This document shows positions 27,401-39,400 of a stretch of DNA of 64,000 nt, one piece after another. The translations under genes were made by a program, and so were the position numbers. Every line of letters starts with the position of its first letter. Position 1 is the first letter of the stretch. Source of the DNA: Botryllus schlosseri. Its lineage: Eukaryota. Location of the stretch: assembly GCA_051294905.1 (NCBI GenBank), contig CM119371.1, positions 38,504,001 through 38,568,000 on the forward strand, given 5' to 3'. Below the pieces are notes generated by a model. The model was not told the DNA's origin and did not search any database. It worked only from the letters and a program-made list of their open reading frames with translations.

Positions 27401-30400
27401 TTTCAGGACACGGACATGAACGTGGTTGAGATCAGTGACGCGTCGAAGAAACGTATCGTAATTCCAAAGCATGTTATGGTAATTCGATTGCTCTATGTGT
27501 TATTAATATAGAGTGATCAGTAAGGAAGTATGCTTCTAATTTTCCAGTTATCAAATAGGCTCTGCATACTTGTAGGCTTACTACTTAGTACTTACCCAAG
27601 CGGATATGTATTTAGATTACTTCTACGGCAAGATATTTTGTAATTCAGTGGTTCCGAATGTGGGCGATATCGCCACTAGTGGGTGATATTGATAAACAGG
27701 AGGGCGAAAATGATAAAGGGGTAACTGCGGGAGGGGGCCGAGAGGAGTGAAAGTGTAAGAACGTTCAGTCAGATACAATTAGTTACCCGGCAACCGGATA
27801 CCGGTAGAAAATACAAGGATGAAACGCTTTAATGTGGAACTGCGGCGAAAGTTGACTAAAATGGTCAACTCGCCATAAATTGTCCTCAGATAGCGGGATC
27901 TCCGCGAAAGTGTTGATATTTATTGGTAGTCAATCTACCAGCGATCAAAATTAGCTGCATAAATTTTATATGTTCTATTTCTTGGATCCGAAAATATGGA
28001 TGGGCGATAAATATATGTCGACGTTGATGAAGTGGCGATGAGACGAAAAATGTTGGGAAACACAGATGTGGGTAGAAGTAAGCGTCTTTGAGTTTAGAAA
28101 AGAGGAGAGTTCTTTTGTGGGATGAGCTATCATTTTTATCAGCGGAATTATCAAAAGAATCGCGGTGACTGAATATATCACGGATGATTGCACCTGTTGG
28201 AAATGTCGTCATTCGTTTGGCTGTAGTGGCGCAGACACGTCTTATAATTTCGAAAGTGATTTTCTATAAACGGCTAAAAAATGCGACTCCTCGACCAAAT
28301 CTACTTTTTGAAAATACATACTTCAGTACTTCACATACTTTTGATCAGGGTCGAAATTTTTCGTTGACTCGACTTGAATTGAGTCACATCCACAAAAAAT
28401 GGAAAATGACTCGACTCGGCTTGAGTCAATTTGCGTATTGATTCGATCTGTACTGGAGTAAGGGTTGCAATTGAAAAAAAAACGGTGTTTTCAAACACTT
28501 TGTTCAAAACTTGTTTTAAACAGTGTTTTAAACAAAGACCTTAAATTGAGTTTGACATGACATCACTGTGGCACCATCTATAGTCAGATTTTATAATTCA
28601 CATGAATCAATGCTTCCTTTGCAGAAAGACAATACGATCGAGGACTTTCGGATTTCACCGGATAGAAATTTTGCTCTGCTCGTGTTCAGGAAGAAGCCAT
28701 TGTACACGTACTCTTTCAACGTATCGTATTATCTTTACGATATCCGTAAGAGGTGAACGTTTCTTCGTACAAGTCAAAAACACAATCTAACGCTTGGTGT
28801 TCCAAACGTTTAGCATCGTAATGAAAAGGCCGCTATCTGGATCCCATGGCAATGAGTTCGAATACGTGGGGTTCGGAAAGGTTGGAAACTCGCTGATCTA
28901 TTACCATGGGGGCGATTTGTACTACATGAGAGGAGTAACTGCTAAAGCTGAAAGAATAACCTACGACGGAGTACATGGAGTTTATCAAAACGGATTTCCG
29001 GACTGGATTTACGAAGGTAAAGAAGATCCACTTGATATTCCTAGACATGTCAGAGTAGCGCTTAAAGTATTAATACGAATTGAAGGCGTGGAAAGTGCTG
29101 AAATAAGTAGTTTTAAAAAGTTGATTGTCTTTCGTGTAAACTGCACCTTTATGTCGGGATATATGGGGTCAAAAATATCGCATTTGTAAACTAGCAACTA
29201 TAGTTGTGTAGGTCTACGACAATATTCGCGCTAACAAGCTTTGCATAAACATTCAGAAGAGATATTCAAAGGATCGGTTGCTATTTGGTGGTCGCCAAGC
29301 GGTCGGTACCTCGCTTACGCCTCTTTTGACGACAGGAAGGTTGATAACAGCTCCATTACCGAGTACCATGAAGATGGATATCCGACCCCGGCACATTACA
29401 AATATCCTCTGGTAAGAAACCGCGTAGCATGCAGACTTGAACAACAAGATAATTATATTTGTCTAATTATATCGAATGCTGAAAAGCTAATTATGGAAAA
29501 TGTTACAGGAAAATTGTGTAATGCGGAACGAACCTAGCTCCATGTTCAAACATTTGTCATTCTTCTTCTCTTGCGAACGTACTCTGATATGATAGTCCTA
29601 GAGGCCTATTGGACTTGATTGTTGTTGTAGATCTTCCTAATTCGGAATTCAAATCAATATCCAAGTTTTTGCGAATTCCACTGTTCTGATCTTAATCTAA
29701 TTTGGAAAAAACTGTGTTGCTAATTCTCATACTAATCCGATTTGGAACCGCTACATATCTTCTAGTTTTCTAAATTCTAACGTGGTATCACGTTCACTGA
29801 GTTGGCTCCCCGCCAATCATAGATATTTGATTCCTAATCCAGCACTATTAGTTTTCCCAGGTGTTTTACTGCGTAATTGTGGTATACCACGTCCGTCGTA
29901 GAGTAAATCGTACGCAACATTAGATGATTGTAAATGTTTAGGGTTTGGAAGCATGTTCGATGAGATTGTTTAGATATTCTTGATCTTTATGCAACAATCG
30001 CATTCACAAATTCCTACATGGCTCATCTGCCTATGTTTCATGCAGGCGGGCGGTAAAATACCGATGGTGAAAGTTCATATTTACGATGTCGAAGCCATGT
30101 CAAAAGTACAGACGATTAGGAAAGATACGTGAGTGATTAAGTTCTTGTCCCGCTTGTGAGTATGCATGTCTTAAAGTAGCAGTTTATGCATTATTCTTGC
30201 TTTGTACGAACAGAGAGGTAAGTTTTCGCGTGACATTAGCTTACTAAAGGTGTGAATAAAGTAGTCGGCGTAGAATTAAAACAGTAAATAGCTACCAAAG
30301 TTGCGTTACTCATTTTCTCGAAAATACGGTAAAGCACTTGTCCGCCATCACTGCAGAAGAAAGTGGAACATTTAGTACCAATCCGATGCCAGAGGTTCCC

Positions 30401-33400
30401 ACTGTAACCCATTTGTGGAATCAATTTTCGCATTACCGCCTCAAGCATTGATTTGGGTACACGACCGTGTTTTATTCCGTCTTCGGACGCATCATTCTCT
30501 CCGAAACTCACATGTATACCATGTCACATGCTCGGAGACCCTCAATTGTGGAACGTGTGTCACCCCAGAAATAGCATTGCATGTTATATTATATTGTTCT
30601 CGATTTGATGTTCACCGTCGATTTCCGGTTGATTCGTGCAACTATTATAGCATCGCAATGTCACTGGAAAATGTTCTCACGTCTCCCCAATTGGTGGCCC
30701 AGGTGGTGGAATTTGTTTTATCGTGTGAGAAATACTTGTGAAATCCTGTCGATGCTAATCTTCACGCACGTGGCGCAAAATGCCTAATCGGTCATAAACG
30801 CCACTCTCCAAACAGTATTAACAATAATATTAATCTAATCAACTTCACGTAGAAGTAGTGATTCCCAATTCATGTCAATATTAATTCGAGTGACACAATA
30901 AAACGAAAGGCCCGACAAGTTATCAAGTAAGTAGTTTCAAAAAGTATATTTGATCGGCGGGCCGCAAGCGTTTTGTAATTAATTGACTAGTTTCGAAATT
31001 GCAAGATACATCCCCGTGACAAGCACAAGACTATTAATGACACAACAAATTGCTGTGATTTTCAAATGTACAGATACAGGAGCTATTTTGCACCTTTTCC
31101 ATAAAAATTCCACCCGTAAATACAACGCATAGCCTACATATGCTTGCACCGTGTAAAACAGTATGAAAACTGTAATTCACATTGCTAAATTGATTCTCAG
31201 TGGCAAGGAGCGTATAATTTCAGTAATCGAATAAATCATTTCTCACGACTCGAATTACTAGCATTATGACTTGGTTCGGATTCAAGTACTTCAATCATTG
31301 TGTCCAGCCCTACATAAGAAACGCGTTTCATTATCACATCATAATACCTATCGCTTGATTGTGCAATACCTATAGAAATTGCTTCTCCCGCTCCTGATGA
31401 AGATTATGAACATTTCGTTAACATTTTATCGCTAACAGAAAAAGGATGAAGGTTCTGCACACAGTCAGTTGGTCTGGCGACGAGGAGATTGTAATCACTT
31501 GGTCGGATCGCACGTTTACGGCACGTATGACTCAGAGATGCTCGCTGACGTCATGCAAGTCATCCTCCTCGAAAAATCGTAGTGACGCAGAAGAGGCCTG
31601 GAGGACAGACTTGGTACGATGCTGGAGATAAGTTTAGACTTAGATTCTCAGCACATGTGTTGAGAAGATGTGGCCAGATATAGTCAGGCAGTCAGTCCGC
31701 CTTTCTACTCAACTACGACTGCGAGTAATGCCGTAAATTGTTAACTGCATTCCAAAACGAATTCAACTTGATTAAAAAAATGAGAGGTCCGAAATATACT
31801 CACCTTTCACTTTTCAAATCAAAAAATGTAACAGGCAAGTAGCTATGGTAGATGTATGGTCGAAACGTACGCTAGGCCTAACCAGTTTATTAAGCAATGC
31901 AAGTGGGACACGGTTCTCATGGATCATCGATTGCTACAATTCTTTGCGAGTCATACAAATTCAATATTTCCATTCAGGACGAGACGCCAATCATAAGCAA
32001 TGAATCGAGGCTAGAGTTCTACGTCCTCCCGTACCGCCACGGTAAAAGCGGAAGCTTCAACCACATCGCAATGCTGAATTATTCTGAGGTATTGTTATCA
32101 TCAGGCCTCCTATGTCGCGTGACATTACTTACCGCTGGTCGTAATCATTGCAGCATCCCTCTCAACTGCTATTCTTAACTAGTGGCCATTGGGAAGTCAC
32201 GAAGTTATTGAAGTTCGACCCCGATACCTCATGGCTCTATTATATCAGTAACGAAGGAAGTCCCGGTTCGAGGCATATGTATCGGGTGAGTGCTGGGGAC
32301 ACGTTGAGGTTGTCGGCGTTTGTACTCAAGCAGATGTAAGAATAACTAGACAACTATCTACAAGATCACAAATACCACGTAGTGTTTACCTAAAAAATGT
32401 CGAAACTATTCTGGAAGTAGAAAATGCATCTATGACGAGATATTAAATAAGCAATGTCAAAAATTAGATTAAACGGAGAGCTCGCATACTTTTGCAGTGG
32501 CAATCGGATGTGGTTATTCACGGAATTGCGAGATTTATCTTTGCGACTAATGTAAAATTACTAATGACATTACAAATCGGTGTGGTATCCGCAAATAAGT
32601 TCAGTTTCCCTTGTGGGCCGATATAGTGCGACTGCGAAAGAGGGTTAGAATATTCCACGCATACACACATATATAGCTAGAGCTGTCCTATACTCGACAT
32701 CCCAAGTAGACGCGTATCTGTCTGCTATGTTGTTTATATTTTGTACAGACGGAACACGGTTTTCTGAAATAACGAAAACGTGGCGGAGCAACACAAATAA
32801 ACTGCCGTAGCGAATCAATTAAAATACGCTTATTTGACGGTGTTTCCTTGAGGACGGATATAAATTTAAACCAAAATATTATTAGACATTAATTTAGAAT
32901 GTATGAAAATTGCGATAAAAGGCGATTAATGATATACCAAGTATTCGTTACTGCTACATACATACATACATACATACATACATACAGGCAAGGAGTGCAA
33001 AACTGAACGAAAATCCATCATACAACAGTTACATCACAATGACAGTTTGAAGTTCACTGAGCCGAAATCTGAGCCGAAAGATCCTATATGAAGTCCGAAA
33101 TCTCGACTTCATATAGGAACTATTTCGCACAGTATTTATGACGATCTCGCACATAAAACTGTTGATATTATACCCAAAACCATGTTATACTTTGCGAAGG
33201 TAAAAGTCAAAAGTATCAATTTTTATTGAGATCTTAAAGAGTCTAAAAACTTCAATACTTGAGTAAGAGAGACATGCCGGTACTCTAAAAAGTAGAGGTA
33301 TTACTTCGTTACTATCATACGCTACCATTAAGATCCGTATCTTGATGATCTGGGGTGATAAACAGGCTTAGTGTGATTTTACGACTATACGTAACCGAAA

Positions 33401-36400
33401 AGTTAGTTGAATAATTTCCAACAGATTAACACGCGAAAAGAAAAGCAATGTGTGACGTGCCACTTCTCTTGGATCGGAGAAATATCCGGCGAACCGTGGA
33501 AGAAAATCGAGTATCGATGCGATTATTTTGAAGCAAGCTTCGGGGAATCCACGGAATGGTTCTACGCCAAGTGCCTAGGTGCGAGAATTGATTCGTCGTA
33601 TTTTTATTTGATAAAGCGAGAATAGGGAAATGCATGTCTCATATATTGCTATATGTCTTATAAGCGCATGTTCTTGTGACTAACAAACAAAATGGTGACC
33701 AGCCATGAAGTACTTGCTGACAGGGGTTTGATTTTAAAGAACCTCCTCTTCTACAAAACATATTTTCGACAAAACCACTTTCATTGTCCGTTTTGGAAAT
33801 TTTTAATGTAAAAAGTATTGGAATTGGTTTGTATCACTTTGATGAATGTGACCGTTATATCAACTTTGCAGAATTTAACCTTCACCTAGTAATCTGAATA
33901 TATATATCGAAATTGCATATATCAGTGCAGTGATTTATCATTTTACGTTAGCCGCATAAATGCATCTCGCAATTTTCAAAGTAGCCAACACCGATTGACT
34001 GCTATGTTTGTTAGGTGTACCCCTCAACAAATCTTTTGTACTTTAGTAATTTATATATCTTCATTTTCGACTTCCCCTTGAATTAGTTTTGACAAGTAGT
34101 TCTACTTGTAATTGCGTTGAAATGTTCTGCGAATAGCATATCCTTATACTTTAGTATCAACGCCGACAACTTTGACCACGTCTTGTGTCAATTACCCTAT
34201 AGGCCTAATCACCTGAGTTCCATCCGAGTGATATAGTAGATATAAATATATCAAGATCTATTTCCTATATAACGACAGTCTCCACGTCGCGGGTTTCATT
34301 CAAAGTGAAAGTTAAAAAGCGTTTCGTCAATATCAATTGAATCTTGCAGGCCCTGGTTTTCCGTTTGGAGGAATCGCAAAACTCAACGATACCGCCGTGC
34401 CTGCTACGATACGCGTCATGCAACCGACTGACCTCACCATTCAAAACATGGTGCTACCGAATCAGTCAAATCACGTCATCAGAACTGCATCCGGACACGG
34501 TAATAAATACCAACAGCAGAAGGCGGCGTTTCATAAATCAGCTAATCCTAGTGGCGTGTATTATCATCAGAGGAGGCCGGTAACGCAGTACTTTTTCGCA
34601 GTAATGAAATATAAGTTATCTATTCCAGTTGAATTCTAAAAGCGTGCCACGTCAGCACTCGGCCAAATCCATTTTTTCAGCTACATCCTGAACATACTTT
34701 GGGGACCTTTAATTTTAAATTCGCGTGAGGTATTTTCAGAACGTTTGCCTCCAATACTTGTAAAAGGGTACAACGTTGTTACATTATCCTACATCTATGG
34801 TTTCATTTAAAACAAACGGTGTTTTAAACTACTTTGTTTGAAACATGTTTTAAACATTGTTTTTAATAAAGGCCTTTAAAAAAATTGTGTTTTTTTAAAG
34901 TTGTAAAAGCATGCCATATTTGTGTAAATACTTTACAAAAAAACATGTTTTATGAGCCTACGGACAATTACCACCCGATGTAGCCGACGTTTATCGATAT
35001 GGGATGGTTGGAACCCTCAAAATACTCGTTTAAACAGCAATAGTACATATATTTCGTGAAAGGAGCTATTTTTACCCTATATTGTCAACTGTCAATGTCA
35101 ATCCACTATGACGTCTCAATTAAATATTCGTGACGTCATGACTTTTAAAAAGCCGTAAAAAACATGTTTTAAATTAGGGTATTGTTTTAAATATGTTTGT
35201 TTTAGATAGATTTTTGTTTTAAATGCAACCCTACCTATATCTGCCTGTGTAGCAATATGCTACTGACTGTTTCGTCCTGGAGTCGATTTGTAGCACTATG
35301 ATAACAGAGTCTTGCGAATCGCATCAATTCAATTCAATCAAAATATATGTCGGATTGTCCGTGGAACGTGGTCTTGAAAACATCTTTAGAATATTTCCTC
35401 ATTAACCTATGGATATTCCACCGGCAGAACTAAAGTTGTTAGTTTTGGCGAAAGTTTATTCTGATGAAGAAATTTTTGACGAAAATGTACAACTGGTCTT
35501 ACGTTACGACATCATGATGAGCGGTGAAAAGTACATAGATTACGGTAGTTCTGGATAGTATCGACGACCACGTTTAGGGGAACGTTTACGTATTACTGCT
35601 AGAGCTCGACAAAATGGAATTGCACAAAAACTGGAGATGCCGGGCATCGATCCCGGTGCCTCACACATGCTAAGCGTGCGCTCTACCACTTGAGCTACAT
35701 CCCCGATGATAACGAGTCATTATACGCTTTATGTATCTGGATGTAGCTACAAGTGCCCCTCATTATCAATGACAAGCGATAGCACTCATGAGGCGAATGA
35801 GGTTGCAACCTGATAGTTGCCTGCATTTATTGAGTTGTTGTTATATTAGTGTTGATGGTTCAACATCGATATTATCATTGATCATTTAACACCATTGCGA
35901 AGTTATTATTTATTATATTCATTTTGCTGCCGACTTAAATAACAAACCACGCTCGTTTTAGGTTGACGCGGATTGTATGGCGAATAAAAATCCAGACATC
36001 CATATAGGGTTTCTCAGATTGTAAGGTTCAATCGTTTGGTTTTACGCCCGGTCTGCCCTTTTCAGTCTTTTGCTATAGCGATAGAGTTGATTAACTGGAC
36101 GTTGATCAATCAATCCTATTATAAACTATAGGGTACGGTCCGATTTGAATAATCCGTCACATAGATTCTATTTTCAGATATCAGGATAAAAGCATTACTA
36201 CCAGCGAGCGTACACGCCGGAGAAAGGCCAGTCGTGTTCTTCAAGTAAATATATACATATCAGTATATGTTATTCTGATTTATACTAGGACGACGGAACC
36301 AAATTAACAGACCCATTACCATCAGTCAGCTACGTAAAAATTATTTCTCGCATTATCTTGCTTATGCATTATGCATTATCTTACTATCGAAAAGCAACAA

Positions 36401-39400
36401 TGTTAAAACATTAACTGTCTACTATAAATTCTACGTACGCGGCCATAAATGATACAATGTTATATCAACAAGCCTTATAATATGCATGCAATATTCAATT
36501 TTGGGGATAAGGCCCTACTAATTGCGTGGGCATGTTCCATAGTCACTTTCAAGTGGCGCGGTATACACCAATACGGTAGGCCTATATAGTGTCAACTATT
36601 TTATCTTCGCTCTATTTGCGATTGGTGCATCTATCTTCGTACATTGGTAATGTAATCACAAAACCAGTCTATCCAAGGCTTGTTATCTAGCGATAATATG
36701 CGAGCGCAGTAATTGAACATGCTTTGAATGTTAAAGCCTAAAATTGTACTGTGCTATGCAAGTCAACCGCTATACGGGAATAAAATAAAGTATATCAGAA
36801 TGGTGTAAATGACCATTGCATCTCAAAACACCATGAATACAACAAACAACGTTTTGTCATCGTGCTGTGTTGTTGTCACGTGGTCAGATAGTACATGATG
36901 GTGTTGGATTATTTACACAACGCGCCGCAGTTGCGTTATTGACCATTGTATTGCCATCCGATGCTGACAACACTCCAAATTAATCAAATTCCATCACTTG
37001 ACTACAATATCCATAGAGTTTATATCGCTGGGAAACTCTCGGGGATGTAGCTCAAGTGGTAGAGCGCACGCTTAGCATGTGTGAGGCACCGGGATCGATG
37101 CCCGGCATCTCCAGCTTTTACTTTCTGAATTAAATTGATGGTAAATGCAAAGGGATGCAATATATTACGAAATCATCAGGAATAAACAGGATTAGGGCAT
37201 AGATTTCAAACAAAATAAGGCTGTTTCATTCACAATACAAATGATTCAAATCAATCATCTGGCCCAAAAGCCAGCTTTGTGGATGATCCACTTAAATTGG
37301 TACGATGAACGTATGTGCATAGCAATGACCACGCGGTTCGGAGTGCTTAAAGTCATATGCAGAACCGTGACAGCACTTCGTCATCCCCCAAAACGTTGGT
37401 CTTGGGCCCCATAGGATGATAAACCGAACTTATGGGGGGCATCGCCCCCTCAGGCTACACGTTTTTTGCCGCTACTGATCATCCACATTGGGTGCTCATT
37501 TAGTGTGTACGCTTGTTTCGCCTAAACGAACGAAGCGCGAAAAACTTCTATAATTCATGATTGAATCGGTCAATATGATTGGGATTGCATATATATTCCT
37601 ATCAATTTTTATCCCCTCTCTGCTTACGTAATCAAGTTTACTGGTATAGCTGAGTGAGGTGTGTTGGAAAAGGTAGGACCCCTAAGTAAGATTTAAACAT
37701 CTTTGGGCGGACCCGTTCGGTTGGTATAATGACTTCGTTACATGATGCTATTTCGTGACCTCCTATATGCTATGTCAAAAGATATTGAAATCACCAAAAC
37801 GTAGTAAACTAAAAGACGTAGGCCCACACGCGATTTCAAATTGGTATTTCTTTGCTCGCAAACAATATTGCCTCGATCCTTTTCGGCCCAGCTCTTCTCG
37901 CTGCTGATCATTCTGCCACACTTCTCGGAGTCGCATGTTATATGGCCTATAATTTTAAATGTCTTGGTGCGTCGTGGCGCGGTAATGGCCGACGCCGAAG
38001 TGCCCTTTTCTATAAATCATGCGTATTTTGTTGGGGGAAGGGTACCCAATAATCAAGATATTTGACAGCATTAAATCGAGCGCAGGGCGAAAAACTTTTT
38101 GAACGAATTTTTGAAACATTTCCAAAAAAATACTCTATGATTTATTGCAATTCACGATATAATTTGGGGCCCCCTTCGAGCTCGAGCCCCCCGCAATTTG
38201 GGGGTTTGGGGTGTGGCAGTTACGGTCCTGGTTATATGAAACGATATTTTGGGCAAAACTGCATACTTTTCCAACCATGAAAATGTAAATATGCGGCGTT
38301 ACTTCCGCCTATACTTGAGTAGCAATACTGCCTACTTTTTGCACCCTGGTATGTAATCGATCTGAACAATTTCAGGGGTGACATCGGGTCTCAAACGGTT
38401 ACAGAAAAGTTCGATGTCGACCTTGCAACATACATCTCCAAGACAGTCGGTGCTATCGCTGTGTTCGTCGACGGAGCAGGTACGCTATTTAGGTATCTCC
38501 ATGTATATTTTATTTTATATTTAACGCTCTGTGATGCGATGATATTGCAGGTTCCGGTAAAAGAGGAGAGCTACTGCTCCGGGAATCGTTGAAAAAGTTA
38601 GGTGCTCCGGAAATAGAAGATATGGAGACTGTTGTCAGGTAGAACATAGACTATTCCGTTGTGCATTAATTAAGTAGGCCTATATAATATGCTTGGCAAT
38701 GCTTCGACATTTGTTACCAATTGATTTGTCTGTTGGGTTTGACAAAATGTTGGCTGCATGGAAGGATGTAGTATATATACTGAGCTCGATTACTGACTAT
38801 CGCACCTGTGATCACCACTTTTTGTAACAGTTCCTCTATTTTTGGAAATAAACTGCGATCAGCAATTCAGTATTTAAGACTCGAGTGTCGAAAATAATTT
38901 GAAATCGTGTGCCTATGGATCACATCAGAAGATGTTGAACTCCATTCACTTCCTTTAGTGATAAAAGTAGTCGGCCGTGGTACTGAAGTAGAAATAAATT
39001 AAGTAATGCCTTTAATTTATAGTCGATTATAAGTCGCGAAGTCGAAGTTTTCAATAGGTGTCGAAACCACTAGATATGGAAGTATAGAAGGGGTCCGAAA
39101 AATATTAACACCCTTCCAATGATTGGATATGAATCAAATGCGTCAATTGTAATGAACACAATGCAGTGGGTTCTTGCTTCATGCACTATCTCAAATCCCA
39201 AAAGGTGACAGGCCTACACGAAAACAGAACCCGCTAGCTCTGGGCTATATGTTCCTTGTTCATATAGAGACTGGTGCAATTGACTGTTTTTCAGCCTTCG
39301 GAAGGGCGTGAAATCACAAATAGGTACTTGGAAGTACAGTTTACCTGATACCCTGCGATAAGGTGAATTTAGTGAAAACATGTTTTCGTTAACAGTATAC

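Noticed and set aside
31393..31420. Other CTGATGA occurrences (also 35461 and 56331) as hammerheads
   Set aside because: No correctly spaced GAAA, UH or closing stem I
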